This document shows positions 1-9,248 of a stretch of 32,000 nucleotides of DNA, piece by piece. How positions within the stretch are numbered: position 1 is the first letter of the stretch; each line of letters starts with the position of its first letter. This DNA comes from Microcystis aeruginosa NIES-2549 (GTDB lineage Bacteria; Cyanobacteriota; Cyanobacteriia; Cyanobacteriales; Microcystaceae). A model generated the notes under the pieces. That model searched no databases. It had not been told where the DNA came from and saw only the letters and a program-made list of their open reading frames with translations. Position numbers and translations under genes: made by a program. The DNA is taken from the NCBI RefSeq assembly GCF_000981785.2, contig NZ_CP011304.1, positions 2,820,001-2,852,000 of the forward strand. Reading direction: 5' to 3'.

Positions 1-505
1 GGGGTCGATGATTGCCTCAATATCTTTAATTCGCTTCACATAGCCGATAATCTCGACATTATAGACAGATTTAAGGATTTTTTTAGCGATCGCTCCTGCA
101 GCCACCCGGCCGATGGTTTCCCGGGCCGAAGATCTGCCTCCTCCTTTCCAGTTGCGAATGCCGTATTTTGCTTCGTAGGTGGCATCCGCATGGGAAGGTC
201 GGAATTTCTCGGCCATTTCGTTGTAATCTTGCGAACGAGCATCCTGATTCCGCACTAAAATAGCGATCGGTGTACCGAGGGTTTTGCCGTCAAAAACGCC
301 CGAAATTATCTCACAAATGTCATTTTCCCGACGCGGGGTCACGATTCTGCTTTGTCCCGGTTTGCGACGGTCTAAATCGATTTGAATCTCCTCTTCGGAA
401 ATTTCTAAGCGCGGAGGACAACCATCGATAACCACTCCTACCCCACCCCCGTGAGATTCTCCAAAAGTGGAAACCCGAAATAGTCGTCCGAAAGTGTTAC
501 CCATA
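1..505 (-). CDS. aroC: Chorismate synthase, N-terminal ~168 codons. The gene continues beyond the left edge of the window.
   Basis: Not in the ORF track because there is no stop in the window. My reverse-strand translation from ATG (complement of 503-505) reads [31 protein letters not shown]...[53 protein letters not shown]. This matches the conserved chorismate synthase signatures (FGESHG, RPGHAD-like, [10 protein letters not shown]). Confidence 0.9.
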
Positions 506-550
506 ATCTCAATATCTACTAAGCCTCAAGCTTTTATTGTACCTGAGCGG

Positions 551-613
551 TTATCAGTTTGTTAGCCATCAGCCGTCAGCCGTCAGCTATTAGACGCTGA
601 TTCTGCTATCAGG
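551..613. repeat. Degenerate heptamer (STRR-like) tandem repeat tract
   Basis: ttatcag tttgtta gccatca gccgtca gccgtca gctatta ... reads in 7-nt register in the aroC / DHH intergenic region. Confidence 0.5.
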
Positions 614-763
614 ATACATAGCTTTTTACTTCCTCTCAGATTAACTGATGCCAGTTCGCCCTGCTAGGCACAACAATCAGTAACCTCTGTCCGTTACATT
701 TTATACAAAACGACGCGCGACATATTTTCTGTTCTAGATTTTTGGAAAAATCAAAGCCGATAA

Positions 764-1987
764 CTAGGTGCGAATTACCTTTTCATCAGGGTTAACTAGA
801 TGGGAAAGTTTCTGTTTAATTTGGGTGTCATACAGTTCCCACTTAAGTTTTGCGTATTCGGCATTATTATTAAAACCACCGAGAAAACCGATAGGAATTT
901 CAAAACCTCCGGCCATATAACGACCACCACCAAAAAAGCGACCTTGGTTATCCTGTCCGAAAGCTTCCTTGAGAAATTCATCGGGATCTAGGGTAATTTT
1001 ACTGGTACGCATAGAACCGATGACTAACTCGATATCCTCATCTTCATCGTGAACGATACCATAAACTAAAGCCGTGTGAACATTTTCTTCTGTCACCAAA
1101 AAATCGGCAGCCTGGGGAATCGCATCCCGGTCATCATAACGCAAATAACCCACCCCAGCGATCGAATAATTATTTTTAATAATACGGTTTTTCAGGGCCC
1201 GTTCAATCACATCCATCACCCGTCGGGATCTGGCCGATTGCAGGACCGCGTTTAATAATTGAGCATCGTAGAAACGACTGAGATAACCAGCAGCGATAAA
1301 TTCACACTCTTGCGCTTGCATTAAATTATTCGTATCCGATCGCAATCCGTGCATCAAAGCTGTGGCACACTTAACATGGACGGTATCGCTACTATTAAAA
1401 CTTATTAACCCTTTTTGGATATATTGGGTTAACATCGTCGCTGTTGCCCGGATTTGGGGACGAATATCGACAAATTCCGCCTCTAGATCCCCTTGGCGAG
1501 TATGATGATCAATCACGACAATAATGGGAATTTTTGCCTGTTTAACCAGAGTGGTTAACTGACTATTGGTTCCCTGACCATCGACAAAAACACAACCCTG
1601 ATAAACCGAAAGATCTCTATCCTTGAGGGTATGGACTCCCCAACGTTTAGCCGGTAAACCCGTTAGTTTTACCAAGGCGACATTTTCCTGATGGGAGAGA
1701 GTACCCGCGTAGACTATATCACAGTGAATATCGTACTGTTCGGCGATAATTTGATAGGCCCAGGCACTAGAAAGAGCATCGGGATCCGGGAAATCCTGCA
1801 TCACCACAATTTGATTTTCGCCACGATGATTTTCCAAAGTACGTCGCAGGCGATCGATCAGGGAAATAAGTAGGGTATCATTACTAACCGTGACTGGAGG
1901 AAGGGGACATACTGCCGACGCTTCCCCTACCACTACATCGGTTTCGAGGGACTTGGCAGGAACTAGACTCAGCAATTCAGCCATCAT
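764..1987 (-). CDS. DHH/DHHA1 family phosphoesterase (NrnA-like)
   Basis: 407 aa ORF. Contains a DHH motif (VVIDHHT) and a DHHA1-type GGG motif (FFGGGRYMAGGFEIP). Confidence 0.8.
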   Translation of the reverse strand: MMAELLSLVPAKSLETDVVVGEASAVCPLPPVTVSNDTLLISLIDRLRRTLENHRGENQIVVMQDFPDPDALSSAWAYQIIAEQYDIHCDIVYAGTLSHQENVALVKLTGLPAKRWGVHTLKDRDLSVYQGCVFVDGQGTNSQLTTLVKQAKIPIIVVIDHHTRQGDLEAEFVDIRPQIRATATMLTQYIQKGLISFNSSDTVHVKCATALMHGLRSDTNNLMQAQECEFIAAGYLSRFYDAQLLNAVLQSARSRRVMDVIERALKNRIIKNNYSIAGVGYLRYDDRDAIPQAADFLVTEENVHTALVYGIVHDEDEDIELVIGSMRTSKITLDPDEFLKEAFGQDNQGRFFGGGRYMAGGFEIPIGFLGGFNNNAEYAKLKWELYDTQIKQKLSHLVNPDEKVIRT

Positions 1988-2369
1988 TTTTAGAAAAGTT
2001 CGCTTAAAGGTAGATTCAGTCAGGATTTTTTGAGTTAATTAATTCTAGACGATATTCTGGCTCGATCGGTTCATCTCAATTATTAAGCTTTTCTTGCCCC
2101 TAGCTCCTTACTCTGGGGCCATAACTCTAGTCTATCGAAAGACCGCTGCCGTTTGTTCTGGGAGAGGGGTTAGGGGTGAGAGCAATTAACCATCGCTGCC
2201 ATTACTTGAGAAAAATGATATAACTGGACTTCCCCACTTCCCCACTTCCCACTCTCCCATACTTTTTAAACAGGATTTAGGATCATCACCGTCCCTAAAT
2301 ATTTGCTCCGATTTTTTGTAGTAAAGTTATACTATTAAGGAAGCAAAGACGAAATTCTAGGGTTAAGCA

Positions 2370-3065
2370 ATGGTTAGACAACTCGACGACAGCCCGAAAA
2401 CCACAATCGTCTATCCCGATAGCGATGGTAAACCGATGGCCGACAATACAAGACAATTTCGCTGGATTACGACGATTAAAGCGAATCTAGACTGGTTATT
2501 TGCCAATAATGCCGATGTTTTTGTCGCCGGTGATTTACTCTGGTATCCCGTGGAGGGAGATAATAAGACTCGACAAGCACCCGATGTCATGGTAGCTTTT
2601 GGCAGACCAAAAGGCGAAAGAGGTTCCTATCAACAGTGGAAAGAGAACAATATCCCCCCGCAAGTGGTTTTTGAAATTCTCTCTCCGGGTAATACCCAAA
2701 CGGAAATGACCAGAAAACTACTGTTTTATGACCGTTATGGTGTGGAAGAATACTACATTTATAATCCCGATAAAAATGATTTGGGTGGCTGTATTCGTCG
2801 GGAAAATCGGCTCGAAAGTCTGGAAAATCTCGATAATTGGGTCAGTCCTCGCTTGGGCATTCGTTTTCAATTGGCCCAACCAGAGTTACTCTTGTATTAT
2901 CCCGATGGTCAACCTTTCACCAGTTACAACCAAGAACGACAACGGGCCGAAACGGAACGACAACGGGCCGAAACGGAACGACAACGGGCCGAAACGGAAC
3001 GACAACGGGCCGAAAGGTTAGCGGCAAAACTGCGGGAGTTAAATATTAATCCCGAAGAAACTTAA
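2370..3065 (+). CDS. Uma2 (DUF820) family PD-(D/E)xK-like endonuclease with a repetitive coiled-coil tail
   Basis: 231 aa. Typical Uma2 core (PDVMV...EILSPGN...K...Y...GV.EYYI) followed by ERQRAET x4 and LAAKLRELNINPEE. Confidence 0.8.
   Translation: MVRQLDDSPKTTIVYPDSDGKPMADNTRQFRWITTIKANLDWLFANNADVFVAGDLLWYPVEGDNKTRQAPDVMVAFGRPKGERGSYQQWKENNIPPQVVFEILSPGNTQTEMTRKLLFYDRYGVEEYYIYNPDKNDLGGCIRRENRLESLENLDNWVSPRLGIRFQLAQPELLLYYPDGQPFTSYNQERQRAETERQRAETERQRAETERQRAERLAAKLRELNINPEET
2934..3017 (+). repeat. Four tandem copies of a 21-bp unit, in frame inside the Uma2 CDS
   Basis: gaacgacaacgggccgaaacg repeated three times perfectly (2934-2996). The fourth copy has one mismatch. The repeat encodes ERQRAET heptads. 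Confidence 0.95.
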
Positions 3066-3263
3066 AAAAATTATCGATTGATGGAGTCGATCGAGATAGT
3101 CTCGATACAATGAAAGTAGATAAATATCAAGTCCACTAGCTAGAGTCGGAACGGTAAGCCCAGAAAAAATGCGCTAGGGCAGGGCTGACTAAATCGACGA
3201 AGCAATCGCTAAATAGGGGTAATTTCCGTCCATTTCTCCCCAATCCTGAACAGGAGAGGCAGA

Positions 3264-3291
3264 ACCGAAAATTTTCTATAAAATTTTCGGT
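3264..3291. other. Perfect 12-bp-stem palindrome 64 nt upstream of the gltA start
   Basis: accgaaaatttt-ctat-aaaattttcggt. Confidence 0.6.
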
Positions 3292-3354
3292 AAGGGTGGA
3301 AAGATCAAGTAAGTTAGCGTTAGGGCTTAATCTTCGCCACGGAAAGGTAGAACT

Positions 3355-4494
3355 ATGACAGTTTGTGAATATCGGCCAGGTTTAGAAGGAATTCCCGCCG
3401 CCCAATCGAGTATCAGCTTTGTGGATGGGCAAAAGGGAATCTTAGAGTATCGGGGCATTCGGATTGAGGAACTCGCCGAAAAAAGTACCTTCCTCGAAAC
3501 CGCCTATCTCCTTATCTGGGGTGTTCTGCCCACGGGGGCGGAACTGGAAGAATTTGCCGATGAAATCCGTTATCATCGACGCATCAAGTACCGTATCGAA
3601 GACATGATGAAATGCTTCCCCGAAAAAGGTCATCCCATGGATGCGCTACAAACTTCGGCGGCGGCTTTGGGGTTATACTATGCCCGTCGGGCTTTGGATA
3701 ATCCCGAATATATCCGTCAGGCAGTAGTGCGGCTATTAGCGAAAATCCCCACCATGGTGGCGGCGTTTCAATTGATTCGCAAAGGTAATCACCCCATTCA
3801 GCCCAATGATAGCCTTGATTATGCGGCCAATTTCCTCTATATGTTGACGGAAAGACGACCAACGGATTTAGCGGCGAAGGTTTTCGATGTCTGTTTGACT
3901 CTCCACGCCGAACATACCATGAATGCCTCGACTTTTTCGGCCATGGTGACGGCCTCCACTTTAACCGACCCCTACGGTGTCATCGCTTCAGCCGTGGGAA
4001 CTCTCGCCGGCCCCCTCCACGGTGGGGCCAACGAGGAAGTATTGTTAATGTTAGAGGAAATCGGTTCGGTGGCTAATGTTCGTCCCTATGTGGAAAAATG
4101 TATCGCCAATAAACAAAAAGTTATGGGTTTTGGACACCGGGTATATAAAGTTAAGGATCCCCGGGCGACGATTTTACAAAATCTTGCCGAACAATTATTC
4201 GCGGAATTAGGTTCCGATGAATACTACGATATCGCGCTAGAATTAGAAAAGGCAATGGTGGATATCTATGGTGAAAAAGGTATCTATCCTAATGTGGATT
4301 TCTATTCGGGATTGGTCTATCGGAAATTAGGTATCCCCAATGATTTGTTTACCCCGATTTTTGCCATCTCCCGGGTGGCCGGTTGGTTGGCCCACTGGAA
4401 AGAACAATTAAATACTAACCGCATTTTCCGTCCTACCCAAATCTACACTGGAGAACACGAAGTCCCCTATACACCGATCGAAGAACGTTCTTAG
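3355..4494 (+). CDS. gltA: Citrate synthase
   Basis: 379 aa. Citrate synthase signatures HAEH, GPLHGGANE and GFGHRVYK..DPR. Confidence 0.92.
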   Translation: MTVCEYRPGLEGIPAAQSSISFVDGQKGILEYRGIRIEELAEKSTFLETAYLLIWGVLPTGAELEEFADEIRYHRRIKYRIEDMMKCFPEKGHPMDALQTSAAALGLYYARRALDNPEYIRQAVVRLLAKIPTMVAAFQLIRKGNHPIQPNDSLDYAANFLYMLTERRPTDLAAKVFDVCLTLHAEHTMNASTFSAMVTASTLTDPYGVIASAVGTLAGPLHGGANEEVLLMLEEIGSVANVRPYVEKCIANKQKVMGFGHRVYKVKDPRATILQNLAEQLFAELGSDEYYDIALELEKAMVDIYGEKGIYPNVDFYSGLVYRKLGIPNDLFTPIFAISRVAGWLAHWKEQLNTNRIFRPTQIYTGEHEVPYTPIEERS

Positions 4495-4527
4495 ATTTGA
4501 TCTCCTATTCTTGATGGAAACACGGTT

Positions 4528-4565
4528 TCTCGCCTTTGTCAATCTCACCTAGGCGAGATTTTTTG
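4528..4565 (+). terminator. Probable rho-independent terminator of gltA
   Basis: Stem tctcgcc / ggcgaga followed by tttttt, about 35 nt after the gltA stop. Confidence 0.55.
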
Positions 4566-4692
4566 TCTCATTTCCTGTTATATTGATGGGGCAAGGAAAC
4601 AGTCCAGCGGCTTTCAGCTTGGTCAGTTTCGGTGTATATAGCCAGGCAAGGTCTTTACTTCTAGATAGTCGGACAGAAAAATATTAAAGATT

Positions 4693-6435
4693 ATGGTGAA
4701 ATTTTGGCAGGGATTAACGGTATTTTTAATTTCTTGTTTATTGCTGATTTCTCTAACTGCTTGTGATAATCAAGTTAGACGCAATCAAGTGGTCATATCG
4801 GTATTAAGTGACCCAAAAACCTTTAATGCTGTTTTATCGGCCGAATCCCCGAATATTTTTGGTTTAACCTACGAAGGACTATTAACAGAAAATCCCATTA
4901 CTGGCAAAAAAGAACCGGTCTTGGCAGAATCTTGGACAATTTCCGATGATAATTTGAACATTATTTTTACTATCAGAGAGGGTTTAAAATGGTCAGATGG
5001 TCAACCCTTAACCGTTGATGATGTGGTTTTTACCTATAAATATTTATATCTAAATCCTGATATTCCTAATAACTACCGCGATAGTTTAAGAATAGGATTA
5101 AAAAAAGAATTTCCAGTTATCACTAAACTAGATAATCGCAGAATCGAATTTAAACTACCCGAAGCTTTTGCCCCTTTTTTAGATGCTGTCAGTTCACCAA
5201 TTTTACCTAAACACGCTTTAGAAAAAACTATTCAGAAAAAAAGCCCGGATGGTAGGTTAGAATTTCTCTCCACTTGGGGGTTAGATACTCCTCCCGATAA
5301 AATTGTTTTTAATGGTGCTTATAAACTAAAAGAATATATCACGGGACAAAGGATTATTTTTGAGAATAACCCTTACTATTGGAAAAAAGATGCCCAGGGA
5401 CAACAATTACCCCATATAACTTCAGTAATTTGGGCAATTGTTGAATCTCAGGATACAACTTTACTACAATTTCGTTCGGGAAGTTTAGATTCTATTGGGG
5501 TAACTCCCGAATTTTTCTCCCTCTTAAAAACCGAAGAAGAAAGAGGAAATTTCACTATTTTTAACGGTGGACCTGCCTACGGAACCCAATTTATCGGTTT
5601 TAATCTCAATCAAGGCAAACGCGACGGGAAACCCCTAGTAGAGCCAATTAAATCCAGGTGGTTTAATAACTTAAATTTCCGTCAAGCTATTGCCTACGGC
5701 ATTAATCGTCAAAGAATGATTGATGATATCTATCGAGGATTGGGAGAAGCACAAAACTCTTTTCTTTCTATCCAATCGCCTTTTTACGATAAAACCCTGA
5801 AAGGTTACGATTATAATCCCGAAAAAGCCAAAGAATTATTATTAGAGGCGGGATTTAAGTATAATAGTGATAATCTCTTAGTCGATGCTGATAATAATCC
5901 CGTTAGATTTAACCTGATTACTAATGCGGGTAACAAAATCCGGGAAGCAATTGGCGCACAAATTAAAAATGATTTAGCCGCAATAGGAATTCAAGTGGAT
6001 TTTCAAGCGATCGCTTTTAGCAATTTAGTTGATAAACTAAGTAATAGTCTAGATTGGGAAGCACATATTTTAGGTTTTACCGGCGATAATGAACCCCACG
6101 CCCCCAATATTTGGTATGTAGATGGAAATCTCCACGCTTTTAACCAACAACCTCAACCCGGCAGCCCTCCGATTCAAGGCTGGCAAGCGGCGGATTGGGA
6201 GAAAAAAATCGCCGATTTATACGTCAAAGGTTCCCAAGAATTAGACTTTGAGAAGCGCAAAGTTATCTATAATGAGATTCAACAACTTCAACAGGAATAC
6301 GTCCCCTTTATTTATCTAGTTAATCCCCTCGCTTTGGGGGCCGTGCGTAACTGCTTTGAAGGAATACAATTCTCCGCCTTGGGTGGAGCATTCTGGAATC
6401 TCGAAGAATTAAAGAAAACCTGTGGAGGTGTTTAA
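4693..6435 (+). CDS. ABC transporter substrate-binding lipoprotein, family 5 (peptide/nickel/opine type)
   Basis: 580 aa. Signal peptide with lipobox LTAC. Family-5 SBP-like length and sequence character. No permease or ATPase genes adjacent. Confidence 0.8.
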   Translation: MVKFWQGLTVFLISCLLLISLTACDNQVRRNQVVISVLSDPKTFNAVLSAESPNIFGLTYEGLLTENPITGKKEPVLAESWTISDDNLNIIFTIREGLKWSDGQPLTVDDVVFTYKYLYLNPDIPNNYRDSLRIGLKKEFPVITKLDNRRIEFKLPEAFAPFLDAVSSPILPKHALEKTIQKKSPDGRLEFLSTWGLDTPPDKIVFNGAYKLKEYITGQRIIFENNPYYWKKDAQGQQLPHITSVIWAIVESQDTTLLQFRSGSLDSIGVTPEFFSLLKTEEERGNFTIFNGGPAYGTQFIGFNLNQGKRDGKPLVEPIKSRWFNNLNFRQAIAYGINRQRMIDDIYRGLGEAQNSFLSIQSPFYDKTLKGYDYNPEKAKELLLEAGFKYNSDNLLVDADNNPVRFNLITNAGNKIREAIGAQIKNDLAAIGIQVDFQAIAFSNLVDKLSNSLDWEAHILGFTGDNEPHAPNIWYVDGNLHAFNQQPQPGSPPIQGWQAADWEKKIADLYVKGSQELDFEKRKVIYNEIQQLQQEYVPFIYLVNPLALGAVRNCFEGIQFSALGGAFWNLEELKKTCGGV

Positions 6436-7703
6436 TGACTCATTTTGGCATTCTTTGTCCCACCGCTTCTGGACATATTAATCCTCTCCTACCTTTAGGA
6501 AAAGAATTACAAAAACGCGGTCATAAAGTTACCTGTTTTCTAACTATTGATGGTGAAGAAATGGTGCAAGCAGCCGGGTTAGATTTTCAGGCAATTGCAC
6601 CCGACAAATATCCGAAAGGCACATCAGCCAAAAATTTAGCCGAAATTGGTCAATTACGGGGAACAGCCGCCGTCCGTCGCACGGTACAATCAGTGACTAA
6701 TTCTACCGCTGCCCTCTTTGAAACTATCCCTCAAGAGATGCGTCGCTTGGGAATTGATGCCCTAATTGTCGATCAAGTCTCCCCCTCAGGGGGTACAATC
6801 GCAGAAAAATTAGCTATTCCCTTTGTCAGTTTTGCTGGGGCATTGGTTTTAAATCGTGACCCGCTTATTCCGCCCTTTATGACTACTTGGGACTATAATC
6901 CCTCATTTATCGGGGTTATTCGCAATAAAATTGGCTATAAACTCCTTGACTCTCTGACTCGTCCTCTGAATGAGTTAATCAACCGGCAGCGTCAAGAATG
7001 GGGATTAATTCCCTATCAAAACATCAATCAACGCTATTCCCCCCTTGCCCAAATTAGCCAACAACCTGCCGAATTCGAGTTTCCTCGGCAAAATTTACCC
7101 GCTCACTTTCACTTTACCGGTCCCTTTCACGATTCCTCCACCAGAAAAACGATTCCTTTTCCCTACGAAAAATTAACCGGACAACCCTTGATTTATGCTT
7201 CCCTTGGTACAATTCAAACTCGCCTACAATCGACTTTTAATGCGATCGCCGAAGCCTGTGCCGATTTGCCGGTACAATTAGTTTTATCCTTGGGCAACAC
7301 CGACTCTAACATTCAAATAACGACAAAAAACGCCCTAGTTGTTCCCTACGCTCCCCAATTAGAGCTTTTAACTAGAGCCTCTCTTACTATCACCCCCGCA
7401 GGCTTAAATACTACCCTAGAATCCTTTGCCCAAGCTGTACCGATGGTGGCCATTCCCATCGCTAACGACCAACCGGGGGTATCTGCTCGGATAAAATGGT
7501 CGGGGACAGGGGAAGTGATTCCGATTTCCCGTCTAGAAGTTCCCCGTTTACACAAGGCGATTGAAAAGGTGTTATCCGTCCCCAGTTACCGAGAAAATGC
7601 CCTGAGAATGCAAAAAGCACTACAGAAGACTGGAGGAGTGAAAATGGCCGCCGATATCGTCGAAAAAGCCATTTCTACCGGCCAACCAGTCCTATCGGTA
7701 TAA
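6435..7703 (+). CDS. GT1-family UDP-glycosyltransferase (MGT/UGT/CrtX-like)
   Basis: 422 aa. N-terminal GHINP motif and a C-terminal nucleotide-sugar motif ...GLNTTLES...VPMVAIPIANDQPG. The start codon shares its A with the TAA stop of the upstream SBP gene (gtttaATGact). Confidence 0.8.
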   Translation: MTHFGILCPTASGHINPLLPLGKELQKRGHKVTCFLTIDGEEMVQAAGLDFQAIAPDKYPKGTSAKNLAEIGQLRGTAAVRRTVQSVTNSTAALFETIPQEMRRLGIDALIVDQVSPSGGTIAEKLAIPFVSFAGALVLNRDPLIPPFMTTWDYNPSFIGVIRNKIGYKLLDSLTRPLNELINRQRQEWGLIPYQNINQRYSPLAQISQQPAEFEFPRQNLPAHFHFTGPFHDSSTRKTIPFPYEKLTGQPLIYASLGTIQTRLQSTFNAIAEACADLPVQLVLSLGNTDSNIQITTKNALVVPYAPQLELLTRASLTITPAGLNTTLESFAQAVPMVAIPIANDQPGVSARIKWSGTGEVIPISRLEVPRLHKAIEKVLSVPSYRENALRMQKALQKTGGVKMAADIVEKAISTGQPVLSV

Positions 7704-7770
7704 TGGCTAGGGTCTGCTAAAAAAGTTTTTCCTGCGGACAGGGTGTCGGGTGTCGGGTTTTAAAAACGTT

Positions 7771-7835
7771 ATCGAAAACAATTGACAAAAATCGCCCTTT
7801 ACAACCCGTCCATCGCCTAACACAAACCGAAGAAC
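7771..7835 (+). repeat. Left half of an IS-interrupted ~120 bp repeat (copy A, part 1)
   Basis: atcgaaaacaattgacaaaaatcgcc...cccgtccatcgcctaacacaaaccgaagaac aligns to the reverse complement of 11238-11331 (copy B). Confidence 0.6.
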
Positions 7836-8060
7836 TATAAAGATTAGATTGAACATTTCTGGGATTTCTGTCTAACAGCAATGGTCAGCGGTGATGAATG
7901 AACTAGAACATCGCCGCTTCATCGTGTTAGCTGGCTTGTGCTTAGAGTGTAAGTTTGCGGAGAAATCATGCGTATAGTAACTGATTATTAATAGTTACTA
8001 ATTCTGTACGCAAATATTGCATCTAGAATTAGCTTTGTACGCTTTGACCCGTACTGGGTT
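7819..8060 (-). ncRNA. Candidate TnpB omega-RNA (reRNA): scaffold overlapping the tnpB 3' end plus a predicted guide in the flank
   Basis: In characterised TnpB systems the omega RNA spans the 3' end of tnpB through the right end. Here 162 nt of non-coding DNA follow the stop codon. It contains an 8-bp hairpin at the stop (7975-8000, tagtaact/agttacta) and a nested stem-loop at 7872-7930 (ctaaca..agcggtgatg..catcgccgct..tgttag). The guide would be the complement of about 7819-7835. No expression data are available. Confidence 0.4.
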
Positions 8061-9248
8061 AACTACGAACCTCTCTATCGGATTCCCGCTAAAGGCGGCC
8101 TCTCCGACTACCTTTCTTCCAATATTTAAGGAACCATTAATATCTGCTCCATAGAAATAACCCGACGAGCTTCTGAATAGTCCTCTTTTAATTCTCTTGC
8201 CTAAATAGCTTTTTTGCTTTTGAATAGACTCTAAGTCCAAGAAACTACATTTAGAGGTATAGCTTTCATTAGTTGTTTTGACCTCTATTCCTACTAAATT
8301 TGCTTTATAGGTAAGTTGTTCGATCAACCTTGAATGAGGAATATTTACGAATGACTGGTTATTTCTATCTCCAATATTAATGTTTTGTTTCCAGCCTTGA
8401 TTATGACCAATAACTAAAAGGTTAATTTGATGAGCTAGTAATTTATCAATAATATATTTACTAGCGGTGTGGAGGTAATAATCCACCTGGCAATTACGCT
8501 TTAAAGTTAAACCTTGTATTCTTTTACTGGTCTTCTGTAGACTGGGTAATTCCGATTTGAGTTTAGCTAGTGTCTTGTTGTACTTTTGATTGCAGGATTT
8601 TAAGGCTTTTCCACATACTAAAGTTGGCTGAAATTCGGGAATATTAGAGGTAACAGCAGCTAGGTTATTTAAGCCTAAATCGATAAAAGCATATCTTTCT
8701 CCCTCTTGACTTGATGAGGATGGTTGTTCATAGACAATCTCTAAACAATAAGCACCCAATTTAGGAATAATCCTGACCTCTAAGACTTCCTTTAAATTAG
8801 TTTTAAATTCTAAATTAGTCCCTGATAGCTTGATTAAACCTTGCTTCAACGCTTTTTTAGAAATGGCTTGATAGTTATAAGTTAAAACGTTTCTACCTTT
8901 TTCTTTGTCTTTGTATCTTGGCAACTTAGGCTCTCCTGTAAATTTATCTGGCGATTTTTTGTATTGTTCTTTCGCTTTTTGGTAGGATTTAAAGGTTTTT
9001 TCTACTTGCTTTAATACTAACTGACTTACTTTGGCGGGTAAGGCTTGATAATCTGGACTCATTTTTAAGGCATGATGTAACTCAGTCATTGTTAAAAATG
9101 GTTGATGTGAAAAGAAAACTTGACGGTTTAAATAAACAGCACAATTATACAGATTCTTCGATAAAAATCCTAATTTATCAATGACTGAATAATTTTTGTG
9201 ATTAAATTTAATTAGATGTTTTTGAACTAATTTCATCATTCTCCTCAA
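7998..9248 (-). CDS. tnpB: TnpB (OrfB) RNA-guided nuclease family protein
   Basis: 416 aa. RuvC-I motif FIDLGLNN, central ...VIGHNQGWKQNINIG.RNNQSF..IP...L...L.YKA...GI.V....ESYTSKCS, and RuvC-III motif GADINGSLNI. The real start may be M4 or M5 (MKLVQKH). Confidence 0.9.
   Translation of the reverse strand: MRRMMKLVQKHLIKFNHKNYSVIDKLGFLSKNLYNCAVYLNRQVFFSHQPFLTMTELHHALKMSPDYQALPAKVSQLVLKQVEKTFKSYQKAKEQYKKSPDKFTGEPKLPRYKDKEKGRNVLTYNYQAISKKALKQGLIKLSGTNLEFKTNLKEVLEVRIIPKLGAYCLEIVYEQPSSSSQEGERYAFIDLGLNNLAAVTSNIPEFQPTLVCGKALKSCNQKYNKTLAKLKSELPSLQKTSKRIQGLTLKRNCQVDYYLHTASKYIIDKLLAHQINLLVIGHNQGWKQNINIGDRNNQSFVNIPHSRLIEQLTYKANLVGIEVKTTNESYTSKCSFLDLESIQKQKSYLGKRIKRGLFRSSSGYFYGADINGSLNIGRKVVGEAAFSGNPIERFVVNPVRVKAYKANSRCNICVQN

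Noticed and set aside
36-242. 68-aa ORF on the minus strand
   Set aside because: It lies out of frame inside the clearly recognisable chorismate synthase coding sequence (1-505, minus), so it is a shadow ORF.
796-1873. Short ORFs 796..981(-), 800..991(+) and 1691..1873(+)
   Set aside because: All are embedded in or antisense to the DHH phosphoesterase CDS. They have no motifs and low-complexity translations.
2728-3049. Alternative-frame ORFs 2728..3021 and 2837..3049 with NDNGPKR / GRNGTTT repeats
   Set aside because: They arise from reading the 21-bp tandem repeat in the other two frames. The Uma2 frame has family-wide homology.
3442-3862. Antisense ORFs within gltA
   Set aside because: They lie inside a strongly supported citrate synthase CDS, and no independent signal supports them.
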